Positions 1-7,117 of a stretch of DNA of 33,808 bases are shown one piece after another. The notes beneath the pieces were generated by a model. The model was not told the DNA's origin and did no database searches. It saw only the letters and a program-made list of their open reading frames with translations. Both the position numbers and the translations under genes were made by a program. Each line of letters opens with the position of its first letter. Positions within the stretch are counted from its first letter, which is position 1. The stretch is from contig JBBTRE010000062.1 of NCBI GenBank assembly GCA_038065375.1, forward strand, positions 1 through 33,808. Direction: 5' to 3'. This DNA comes from Patescibacteria group bacterium (GTDB lineage: Bacteria > Patescibacteriota > Minisyncoccia > UBA6257 > WO2-44-18).

Positions 1-668
1 GGGATGACGTGAAATTTGCTCTCAGATTGGCGAGTTTGGGAGACTTTTATGTTAATGACGCGTTCGCGGTCTGCCACCGGAAAAATTCCTCGGTCACCCA
101 GTTGCCGAAACTCCTGCCCAGCTACGCGGGATTATTGTTAGAAAAAGAAATCAAAACTTTATCCACAGCGATGAGCAATCCGAAGAAACCCCTACTGCTG
201 ATTTTCGGCGGTTCAAAAGTTGCCGATAAACTTCCGGTAATCAAAAATCTTCTTTCAAAAGCCGACAAAGTTTTGATTGGTAGTAGCGTTTTGAATGGTC
301 CCGATCCGCTTCCCGAATCGGAGAAGTTGGTAAAGCCGATAGATTGGATGAAAAAAGATAATTTGGCGTTGGATATTGGCCCTTTAACAGCGGAGGCATA
401 CGTTAAGGAAATCAAAAAAGCCAAAACGATTATTTGGAACGGACCGGTGGGGAAATTTGAAGATAAAAGATATATAATCGGCTCAAGAATTCTGGCCAAA
501 GCAGTTGCCGCGAGCAAAGCATTCTCAATTATCGGTGGCGGAGAGACAACGCAGTTGATTCTGAGTCTGGGTTTACGAAAAAAAATCAGTTTTCTTTCCA
601 CCGGCGGCGGAGCAATGCTGGAATTCCTAGCCGGAGAGGTACTACCAGGAATCAAGGTTTTGGAATGA
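1..668 (+). CDS. pgk: phosphoglycerate kinase, C-terminal part (5' end lies outside the window)
   Basis: The frame is open from nt 3. PGK-like stretches are present: YVNDAFAVCHR, IIGGGETT, STGGGAMLEFLAG. TGA at 666-668. Confidence 0.9.
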   Translation, partial: DDVKFALRLASLGDFYVNDAFAVCHRKNSSVTQLPKLLPSYAGLLLEKEIKTLSTAMSNPKKPLLLIFGGSKVADKLPVIKNLLSKADKVLIGSSVLNGPDPLPESEKLVKPIDWMKKDNLALDIGPLTAEAYVKEIKKAKTIIWNGPVGKFEDKRYIIGSRILAKAVAASKAFSIIGGGETTQLILSLGLRKKISFLSTGGGAMLEFLAGEVLPGIKVLE

Positions 669-787
669 TAGGTTAGTCGCCGTGGGAAAGGGGGTGGGGA
701 AACGGTAGTTTCCCCAATGCGGAGGCAGCTCGTCTATTGACGAGCGTTGGAACCGCTGGGGTCCAAAATATTTTGCTGTGCAAAATA
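669..787. other. structured non-coding insert between pgk and a second copy of its 3' end
   Basis: 8-bp hairpin GGGGAAAC/GTTTCCCC (696-715), 7-bp hairpin GCTCGTC/GACGAGC (728-745), and a 9-nt direct repeat CAAAATATT (764-772, 781-789). No credible ORF. Confidence 0.4.
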
Positions 788-856
788 TTGGCGGCTGGAG
801 CGATGTTGGAATTTTTAGCTGGGGTAAAGCTTCCAGGAATCGCGGTTTTGCGTTAA
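788..856 (+). pseudogene. diverged remnant of a pgk 3' end
   Basis: Translates as LAAGAMLEFLAGVKLPGIAVLR*, versus STGGGAMLEFLAGEVLPGIKVLE* at 598-668. It is in a different frame from pgk and has no start codon or RBS. Confidence 0.5.
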
Positions 857-886
857 GCTACCCGATAGTTCATTGAGGGTACTCCG

Positions 887-1093
887 ATGTTCCTGCTTTA
901 CGGGGCTATGTCTCTGGTGATGGGCGCTAGCGCTTGGTTTGTTGTTTATTTGGCTTATCAGAATTATCACAAGTCATCTGAATCCAGAAATATTTGCTTG
1001 GTGATCGGCGTGATAGCTTTCATTGTCGGTGGTTTCGCTACTGCCCTTGGATTGTTTTTCTTCACCGTTCCGATTTTAAGGATGATGCAATGA
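887..1093 (+). CDS. small hypothetical membrane protein (2 predicted TM)
   Basis: ATG preceded by GAGGG. Two hydrophobic segments. No family recognised. Confidence 0.4.
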   Translation: MFLLYGAMSLVMGASAWFVVYLAYQNYHKSSESRNICLVIGVIAFIVGGFATALGLFFFTVPILRMMQ

Positions 1094-1311
1094 TTTTTGT
1101 TGCGCAGATTGCTCTAGGGGTTCTAGCGCTAGGGCTGGCCTGGATGTTTTGGAAGATCATGAAAGCCCTTGGTGAAAAGTATGACCATCAGCCGGAAGTT
1201 AACTATAAAGCGCTCGTTTTGTGTTCGGCTCTGATGATGGGGATTTTAATTGCCGGTGGCGCCGGAGTAGTTCTGATCGTCGGAGCGGTAACTAACGCGC
1301 TTTGTTCATAA
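1090..1311 (+). CDS. small hypothetical membrane protein (2 predicted TM)
   Basis: ATG at 1090 overlaps the upstream stop (ATGA), in frame with tracked ORF 994..1311. Hydrophobic. A terminator follows. Confidence 0.4.
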   Translation: MIFVAQIALGVLALGLAWMFWKIMKALGEKYDHQPEVNYKALVLCSALMMGILIAGGAGVVLIVGAVTNALCS

Positions 1312-1327
1312 AGCGCGGTTTTTATTT
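1297..1327 (+). terminator. intrinsic terminator
   Basis: Stem GCGCTTT/AAAGCGC followed by TTTTTATTT. Confidence 0.5.
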
Positions 1328-1364
1328 GCAGAATTTCATCATTTAAAGATATAGTACTTTTATA

Positions 1365-2207
1365 GTGAAAAAGATTATTGTCTTCTATCATAAAGAGTGT
1401 TGGGATGGCTTTGGGGGAGCTTGGGCGGCCTGGAAAAAGCTGGGAGCAAGAGCCGACTATGTTGGTCTGGAACCGGGCAAAGCCCCGGAATTTGAAGTTA
1501 AAGGGAAAGAGGTTTATGTAATTGATTCGGCTTTTCCGGAAGAAACGGCTAGGAAGGTTTTGAAAAATAACGACAAGTTGGTTGTTTTAGACCATCATTT
1601 TTCCAACGGGGCGAGGGTTAAAATTTCTACCGAGAATGTTTATCAGATGAATCATTCCGGCGCGGTGATCGCTTGGAATTATTTTCATCCCAAGCGGGCG
1701 GTTCCGGTATTTTTGAAATATGTTGAAGATGCCGATATTTGGCGCTGGTCGCTACCGCATTCCAGGGCGATGGCGATGTTGCGGGAAGAATTGCCTTTTG
1801 ATTTCAAAATTTGGAGTAAATGGGTAGCAGATTTTGAGAATCCGAAAAAGCGAAAGTCTTTTGCCGCGCAGGGTCAGCAGTTGCTGGATTATAGCGACGC
1901 CTTGCAAGATCGGGCGATTGAGAACGCTCAGGTTGTTGAATTTGAGGGGCATAAGTGTTTAGCGGTCAATTCGCCATTACTGCATTCCGATATTGGTCAT
2001 AAATTAAGTAAATTGATGCCACCTTTCGGAGTCGTTTGGAGTGAAAAGTCTGATATCCGGGCCTTTTCTTTGCGCTCTAACGGAAAATTTGATGTCTCAA
2101 AATTGGCGCAAAAATATGGCGGCGGCGGGCATAAGGCGGCGGCCGGGTTTGCCATGAAGCTGAATGAGAAGTTGCCGTGGAAATTTACCCGTCCGTATGA
2201 AAAATAA
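1365..2207 (+). CDS. DHH/DHHA1 family phosphoesterase (NrnA-like nanoRNase / pAp phosphatase class)
   Basis: GTG start. VLDHH motif and C-terminal GGGGHKAAAGF (the DHHA1 GGGH motif). Confidence 0.8.
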   Translation: MKKIIVFYHKECWDGFGGAWAAWKKLGARADYVGLEPGKAPEFEVKGKEVYVIDSAFPEETARKVLKNNDKLVVLDHHFSNGARVKISTENVYQMNHSGAVIAWNYFHPKRAVPVFLKYVEDADIWRWSLPHSRAMAMLREELPFDFKIWSKWVADFENPKKRKSFAAQGQQLLDYSDALQDRAIENAQVVEFEGHKCLAVNSPLLHSDIGHKLSKLMPPFGVVWSEKSDIRAFSLRSNGKFDVSKLAQKYGGGGHKAAAGFAMKLNEKLPWKFTRPYEK

Positions 2208-2823
2208 TTATTACGCCTATCTTTTGCGGAGCGGCGCTAGCGCGGTGGTGGATAATTGGAAAGATTGCGAGAAAAAAGTCTCCGGTGTTTATGGCGCGCG
2301 GTACAAGGGATTCGTTTCTAAGCAGGAGGCGGAAGTGTGGCTTGCGGGTGGGGCGCGCTACGAGTTTAAAAGTTTGAAGTTAAAAGTTAAAAAAGATAAA
2401 ACGGTTCTGCAACCGGGGATTTATTTTGACGCCGGAACGGGCAGGGGGAAGGGGGTAGAGATCAGCGTTACCAACGAAAAAGGTGAAGACTTACTTCATA
2501 TCGTCTTATCCAAAAAGGATATCAATAAATTCGGTAAGCATTCGGTCGGAAAGGGCGCGACGAATAATTACGGAGAGCTGTTGGCCTGTTTGTATGCGAT
2601 GCAGACAGCGATGAAATCCGGAGTGAAGAAAGTGTTTGGTGATAGCCAGCTCGTTATCGCTTATTGGTCAAAGGGTTTTATTAAAAGAGATAAAGTCGCG
2701 GAAGAAACGGTGGAGCTGGCGGAAGTCGTTGCCGGTTTACGCGAAGAATTTGAAGAATGGGGAGGCCGGGTAATTCACATTTCCGGCGACAATAATCCGG
2801 CGGATTTGGGGTTTCATAAATAA
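2197..2823 (+). CDS. rnhA: ribonuclease HI with an N-terminal hybrid-binding (Cauli_VI-like) domain
   Basis: Start chosen at ATG 2197 (MKNNYYAYLL...), overlapping the DHH gene by 11 nt. The N-terminus YAYLLRSG..YKGFVSKQEAEVW is HBD-like. Candidate catalytic residues sit in FDAGTG, NNYGELLA, GDSQLV, NPADL. Confidence 0.8.
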   Translation: MKNNYYAYLLRSGASAVVDNWKDCEKKVSGVYGARYKGFVSKQEAEVWLAGGARYEFKSLKLKVKKDKTVLQPGIYFDAGTGRGKGVEISVTNEKGEDLLHIVLSKKDINKFGKHSVGKGATNNYGELLACLYAMQTAMKSGVKKVFGDSQLVIAYWSKGFIKRDKVAEETVELAEVVAGLREEFEEWGGRVIHISGDNNPADLGFHK

Positions 2824-2826
2824 AAC

Positions 2827-2854
2827 GGCCCGCTAGGTGCGGGCCTTCTTTTTT
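2827..2854 (+). terminator. intrinsic terminator overlapping the 3' end of the convergent gene
   Basis: Stem GGCCCGC/GCGGGCC followed by TTCTTTTTT. Confidence 0.6.
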
Positions 2855-3513
2855 GTTTGTATTTTTCTAATGATCCAAACTCCCAGAACGAGGAACCAAG
2901 CGGAGTAAAGGGTGGCGGCGCCACAGACTAGCGACCACCAACCAAGTCGATTCCAGGTAATTATCGCGCAGGAGATTCCGAGTGACCAAGCGCCTAAGCC
3001 GATTTCTCTGAATGAAATCTTGCTAGGCTGCAACCATTTTTCCTCCAGCCACTTTCTATGTTCGCTCTCCGACATCGCCATGATCGATCGTTCGGGGCTG
3101 ATGCCGCCTTTGAGGATCGACCAGTACTTTTGGGAAAATGGCCAGAACCAGGCCAGTCCTCCTCCGCCGAATTCCGGAGTATCGTGTAGATAATGCCAGA
3201 AGACGCATAGCGTAGCAGTGGTTGACCAGAAGAATCCTCCGACCAGCCATCCGGTTACGGCAACGATCGGTAGAAGGAAGATCGGCCGATGCATCAGTGT
3301 TTGATGGTGATCGCCATTAGGTCTGTCTTGGATAAGGATCGGCCAGATGACATCAAAATCTGGAAGGAAGCCAAGTATCCCGCCGATCAGGTATGCCCAG
3401 AGGGGCAGTTCGATACCAAAGGCTAAAGCCATTATGGCTGTGATTAGCGTTCCGATTCCGAAGTCCATGAAAGCCGCCATGGCGTTGCCACACAGCTTCA
3501 GGAATTTTTCCAC
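2833..3513 (-). CDS. membrane-bound metal-dependent hydrolase, YdjM/DUF457-like
   Basis: GTG start 6 nt after AAAGGAGG. Polytopic, with His/Asp motifs FLPDFD, GDHHQTLMHRP, WHYLHD. Confidence 0.65.
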   Translation of the reverse strand: MEKFLKLCGNAMAAFMDFGIGTLITAIMALAFGIELPLWAYLIGGILGFLPDFDVIWPILIQDRPNGDHHQTLMHRPIFLLPIVAVTGWLVGGFFWSTTATLCVFWHYLHDTPEFGGGGLAWFWPFSQKYWSILKGGISPERSIMAMSESEHRKWLEEKWLQPSKISFREIGLGAWSLGISCAIITWNRLGWWSLVCGAATLYSAWFLVLGVWIIRKIQTKKKART

Positions 3514-3559
3514 GAGCCGCCTCCTTTCTGGGGTTTCCGATGTGAAACTTCTGCTGGGA

Positions 3560-3588
3560 TCTTATCATGAAATTAGTCAATCGTCAAA
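3560..3588 (-). promoter_or_regulatory. sigma70-like promoter for the YdjM-like gene
   Basis: On the minus strand: TTGACG-17 nt-TAAGAT with a TGa extension. Confidence 0.5.
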
Positions 3589-3590
3589 TA

Positions 3591-3619
3591 ATCAAAAACT
3601 CCCCGAAGGGAGTTTTTGA
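3591..3619 (-). terminator. intrinsic terminator of rnpB
   Basis: ACTCCC-TTCG-GGGAGT hairpin (minus-strand reading) followed by a T-run, directly after the RNase P RNA 3' end. Confidence 0.6.
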
Positions 3620-3942
3620 TAGCCGGTGATCCGTAAGCCGGATTCTGTTTTAGGCAATAATTTATCTGGGTCCTTGATTACTCTCGGACTCAAGCGGTTC
3701 ACTCTTGCGAGTACGACCTTGCACCCGATAAGGATTTAGCCGTTTCACTCTCGCTTTTTATCCCCATGGCGAGATTAGACCTTCTACGTTGGGATGGGGT
3801 CTTCCTTTGATTTCTCTCAGGACGTCACTGTTCGCACCTCTTTCAGCTTACGCTGAACGGCGGCGTTTAACCGATATTTTCTACTAGGTGTCCGGACTTT
3901 CCTCCCCGACCTAAATCAGGGTAATTGCTCGATCACCGGCTA
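3620..3942 (-). ncRNA. rnpB: RNase P RNA, bacterial type A, compact (about 323 nt)
   Basis: Minus strand carries GGAGGAAAGTCCGGAC (P4 5' strand), ACAGAATCCGGCTTA (P4 3' strand), GCTTGAG and AGATAAAT. P1 is formed by TAGCCGGTGATC at both ends (3931-3942 pairs with 3620-3631). Confidence 0.9.
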
Positions 3943-3947
3943 AAGCC

Positions 3948-3976
3948 ATTCTAGCACATTTTTTCATTATTGACAA
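3948..3976 (-). promoter_or_regulatory. rnpB promoter
   Basis: Minus strand: TTGTCA-17 nt-TAGAAT with a TGc extension. The predicted TSS coincides with the start of P1. Confidence 0.6.
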
Positions 3977-3999
3977 GAGTAAGAGCGTAATGCTATAAT
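3970..3999 (+). promoter_or_regulatory. strong sigma70-like promoter, divergent from rnpB
   Basis: TTGACA-18 nt-TATAAT with a TGc extension. Its -35 overlaps the -35 of the rnpB promoter on the other strand (TTGACAA). Confidence 0.65.
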
Positions 4000-4053
4000 A
4001 GACGGCAAGTACTTTTCCAATCCGCCATTTACCATCTTTAGAGAGGAGACAGG

Positions 4054-4383
4054 ATGACCCCGGTTCATGTAGACAAGACTGTTCCTGACGCGCAGGGGAA
4101 GGTGGTGTTGATTAGAGTTTCACTGGAAGGATTCTGGGCGGAATTCCGCCGGGTGGCTGGTGGCAAACGAGATATGCGGTGCAATACCACCGGTCCTTCG
4201 TATCGCGGACAGCAGGTGAAAATTCCTGCTAGAATTTGGAGGCGCTTGACCAGTAAAGCGGCGGCGAGAATGTTTGAAGGAGAAAGCGCCGCGAAGCCGA
4301 AGCCGGCCGCGAGCGTTCCGGACAATCAGCCGGCTGTGGCTGAACCGGCTTCGGATAAACCGAAGCCGGGAGAGTTGCTCTAA
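4054..4383 (+). CDS. hypothetical small protein with a basic N-terminal half and a Pro/Ala/Lys-rich tail
   Basis: GAGAGGAGA RBS 5-8 nt upstream of the ATG, with its own promoter and terminator. No family recognised. The locus looks GC-rich and also carries long antisense ORFs. Confidence 0.5.
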   Translation: MTPVHVDKTVPDAQGKVVLIRVSLEGFWAEFRRVAGGKRDMRCNTTGPSYRGQQVKIPARIWRRLTSKAAARMFEGESAAKPKPAASVPDNQPAVAEPASDKPKPGELL

Positions 4384-4394
4384 GTTTATAGCTA

Positions 4395-4427
4395 CCGGGC
4401 ACACGAGTATCATGTGCCCGGTTTTTT
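4395..4427 (+). terminator. intrinsic terminator
   Basis: 9-bp stem CCGGGCACA/TGTGCCCGG followed by T6. Confidence 0.75.
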
Positions 4428-4435
4428 GTTATAAT
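4427..4435 (+). promoter_or_regulatory. extended -10 promoter for pilB (leaderless geometry)
   Basis: TGtTATAAT, then 6 nt, then ATG at 4442. Confidence 0.5.
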
Positions 4436-4441
4436 GAAACG

Positions 4442-5818
4442 ATGTCTAAGGTGGTAAAGAAAAAAGAGGGGGAGGAAAAGCCTAAAGAAGAAGTTAAAAA
4501 CGATTCTCCGAAAGAGGGGAAGGTTGAGGCAAAAAACGTAGCCGAAAAAAAGAATGTGGAAAATAAGGGCGTATATTTTGTGAGCGTTACGAAGTCATTA
4601 AAAGACTTCCGAGGTTTGGTAAATAAGGTAATCAAGCTGGAGCACGATCAGATCCCCATCATTGATCTGGTGGACAATATAGTCGGCGACGCTTCGGTTT
4701 CCCGTGCCTCTGATATTCATATAGATCCGGCGGAGAAGAAAGTGGTGATAAGATTCCGGGTGGACGGCGTGCTACATGATATCTACGAGCTTCCCAAAGA
4801 GATCCAGTCTGAAGTAATCACTCGCATCAAGGTTTTGTCCGGACTACGCACCGATGAACATCGGGCGGCGCAAGACGGTCGTTTTCGGCTAAACATTGAG
4901 GGTTTGAATGTGGACGTCCGTGTTTCCATCGCCCCGACTTATTATGGTGAAAATGGGGTTTTGCGGTTACTTTCTGAAAAAGGGGAGGCCTACACGCTGG
5001 AGGCGATGGGATTTCGAGGCCGAGATTTAGAAATCGTGACGCGCAATATGCATAAGCCCTATGGCATGATTCTTGCCACCGGACCGACCGGTTCCGGTAA
5101 AACTACAACTTTGTATACGATATTGAAAATGTTAAGCACTAAAGAAGTCGCGATTATTACGATTGAAGACCCGGTAGAGTATGCCATTGAAGGAATTGAG
5201 CAGATCCAGGTTAATCCACGTACCGGCCTGACTTTCGCCGACGGTCTGCGCTCCATTTTGAGGCAAGATCCGAATATTGTGATGGTCGGTGAGATTCGCG
5301 ACCAAGAGGCCGCCGGGATTGCCGTGAATGCCGCTTTGACCGGGCATTTACTGCTTTCAACAATCCACACTAACGATGCGCCAACAACTCTACCGCGTCT
5401 TTTGGATATGGGCATTGAGCCGTTCCTTATTGCCTCTACTGTAAACATTGCCATCGGCCAGCGATTGGTGCGCAAGTTGTGCGATAAATGCAAAACGAAA
5501 AAAGATATCAGCCCTGAAGAATTGAAAAGTTTGGCGAGGGCGATACCGGAGAAATTATTGGCCGGGCATAAGACTTTCTATTATGGAGCCGGATGCGACA
5601 ATTGTGATAAAAGCGGCTACAAAGGACGCATCGGTATTTATGAGGTTTTGGAGATGGACGATGAATTGCGCTCGGCTTTGTTGCGTAACGCCGACTCCAG
5701 TGAAATAAAAAGGATCGCCATGAAAAATGGGATGACCACCATGACCGAGGATGGTTTTCTGAAGGCCTTGGATGGGTTGACAACTATTGAGGAAATTCTG
5801 CGGGTTACCCACGAATAA
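4442..5818 (+). CDS. pilB: type IV pilus assembly / T2SS ATPase (PilB/GspE family)
   Basis: Walker A GPTGSGKTTT, Walker B-like IVMVGEIRD, tetra-Cys CDKC...CDNC. Lys/Glu-rich N-terminus. Start chosen downstream of the terminator rather than at tracked ORF start 4274. Confidence 0.9.
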   Translation: MSKVVKKKEGEEKPKEEVKNDSPKEGKVEAKNVAEKKNVENKGVYFVSVTKSLKDFRGLVNKVIKLEHDQIPIIDLVDNIVGDASVSRASDIHIDPAEKKVVIRFRVDGVLHDIYELPKEIQSEVITRIKVLSGLRTDEHRAAQDGRFRLNIEGLNVDVRVSIAPTYYGENGVLRLLSEKGEAYTLEAMGFRGRDLEIVTRNMHKPYGMILATGPTGSGKTTTLYTILKMLSTKEVAIITIEDPVEYAIEGIEQIQVNPRTGLTFADGLRSILRQDPNIVMVGEIRDQEAAGIAVNAALTGHLLLSTIHTNDAPTTLPRLLDMGIEPFLIASTVNIAIGQRLVRKLCDKCKTKKDISPEELKSLARAIPEKLLAGHKTFYYGAGCDNCDKSGYKGRIGIYEVLEMDDELRSALLRNADSSEIKRIAMKNGMTTMTEDGFLKALDGLTTIEEILRVTHE

Positions 5819-5824
5819 GCGCTC

Positions 5825-5961
5825 GGTTAAACTCCTGAGCAACCGGATGTCGTTCGGCTCCAACGGCCGAACGCACCACTAGGCGCTCAGCGGTTTGTCG
5901 TTCGGTATAACGAACGAACCAAGCCAAACCGCCTCCGCGACTTTGCTCACGGAGTTTAACC
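5825..5961. other. 137-nt highly structured element (three-way junction, or a MITE-like element with inverted termini)
   Basis: GGTTAAACTCCTGAGCAA (5825-5842) pairs with TTGCTCAcGGAGTTTAACC (5943-5961). Inner hairpins: CGTTCGGC/GCCGAACG (5851-5873) and GCGGTTTG-TCGTTCG...CGAACGA-CAAACCGC (5890-5932). Confidence 0.45.
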
Positions 5962-5973
5962 TCACTCAGTTTG

Positions 5974-5995
5974 GCGGATTAGAAGCGGATTAGAA
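5974..5995 (+). repeat. perfect 2 x 11-nt tandem direct repeat GCGGATTAGAA
   Basis: Copies at 5974-5984 and 5985-5995, ending 11 nt upstream of the pilC -10 box. Confidence 0.8.
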
Positions 5996-6006
5996 TTTGA
6001 AAAAGG

Positions 6007-6012
6007 TATAAT
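6007..6012 (+). promoter_or_regulatory. -10 box for pilC (leaderless geometry)
   Basis: TATAAT, then 7 nt, then ATG at 6020. No recognisable -35. Confidence 0.45.
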
Positions 6013-6019
6013 AAGGGTA

Positions 6020-7117
6020 ATGAAACTGGGAGAGAAAATTGCCGCTTTTTTTGGCAGGATTAACAATATTACTCTGCGGGTTCCTTTGCAGGAACAGGCA
6101 ATCTTCGTGCGCCATCTGGCAGTTACCGCTAAGGCGGGTTTGCCGTTACTGGAGAGTTTGAGAATTATTGCGAAGGAGACACGTTCCGGTTCTTTGAAGA
6201 AGATTGTGAATCAACTGATTAATGATGTTAGTAACGGGCAGTTTTTGTCGGCTAGCTTGGATAAATTCCGCAATGTTTTCGGTAATCTTTTCGTGAATAT
6301 CGTACGGGTAGGCGAATCGGCGGGAATTTTGCCGGAAAATCTAAACTACCTCGCCGAGGAGTTGAAGAAGAAGAGAGAATTGAAACGCAAAGTTGTCGGC
6401 GCCTTGGTTTATCCGGCGGTCGTAGTGGTGGCGACTTTCGGTATAGTCGGCCTGCTGACGGTTTTTATTTTTCCGAAGATCTTGCCGGTTTTCTCTAGTT
6501 TAAAAGTTAAATTGCCGCTATCTACCAGAATCTTAATTTGGTTAAGCAACGCGCTGACTAATTATGGCGGGTATATCGCCCTTGGAGCTGTGGCGCTGAT
6601 AATTCTGTTATTTATTCTTACGCGTATTAAGAAAATTAAATATTTGGCTCATCGCTTCGTGTTAGCGCTTCCCATTTTCGGAACAATGGCCAAAGCCATA
6701 AACCTATCAAATTTTTGCCGGACTTTGGGTCTAACATTAAAGAGCGGAGTGCAAGTAGTGGAAGCAATCAATATCACTTCCGAATCTTTGTCTAATTTGG
6801 TTTACAAAAAGAAACTAATGGAGCTTTCCGAAGAAATCCGCAGAGGAGAGGCGCTTTCACCATATTTCACGAAGCATCGTCATCTTTTCCCGCCGATTCT
6901 TTCTCAAATGGTGGCGGTAGGCGAGAGTTCCGGAAATTTGAGTGACACCCTTCTTTATCTGGCGGAATTTTATGAAGGGGAGGTGACTGACGCCACCACT
7001 AATCTTTCCAATGTTCTGGAGCCTATTTTGATGGTGACAATGGGCATTGTGGTGGGTTTTGTGGCGATTTCAATTATCACGCCGATCTATGAGATTACCC
7101 AAAGTGTTGGACATTAA
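6020..7117 (+). CDS. pilC: type IV pilus / T2SS platform protein (PilC/GspF family)
   Basis: Two T2SSF-like repeats and 3 TM segments. Synteny with pilB and the pseudopilin genes. Confidence 0.9.
   Translation: MKLGEKIAAFFGRINNITLRVPLQEQAIFVRHLAVTAKAGLPLLESLRIIAKETRSGSLKKIVNQLINDVSNGQFLSASLDKFRNVFGNLFVNIVRVGESAGILPENLNYLAEELKKKRELKRKVVGALVYPAVVVVATFGIVGLLTVFIFPKILPVFSSLKVKLPLSTRILIWLSNALTNYGGYIALGAVALIILLFILTRIKKIKYLAHRFVLALPIFGTMAKAINLSNFCRTLGLTLKSGVQVVEAINITSESLSNLVYKKKLMELSEEIRRGEALSPYFTKHRHLFPPILSQMVAVGESSGNLSDTLLYLAEFYEGEVTDATTNLSNVLEPILMVTMGIVVGFVAISIITPIYEITQSVGH

Noticed and set aside
669-787. Small self-cleaving ribozyme (hammerhead or twister type) or group I intron in the pgk insert
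   Set aside because: No CUGAUGA/GAAA hammerhead core or other recognisable ribozyme core is present. At 119 nt the insert is far too short for a group I intron, and the flanking pgk copies are in different frames.
2164-2196. Upstream ATG start (2164) for RNase HI. Similarly, upstream starts at 7047 for the GspH-like pseudopilin and 994 for the second small membrane protein.
   Set aside because: The extensions lie within the preceding genes and add non-homologous residues. The downstream starts give a canonical HBD N-terminus, a prepilin leader, and an ATGA-coupled start respectively.
4274-4441. N-terminal extension of the pilB ORF back to 4274
   Set aside because: The extension overlaps the 4054 gene and runs through its 9-bp terminator. 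The ATG at 4442 sits 6 nt after TGtTATAAT and gives a sensible protein.
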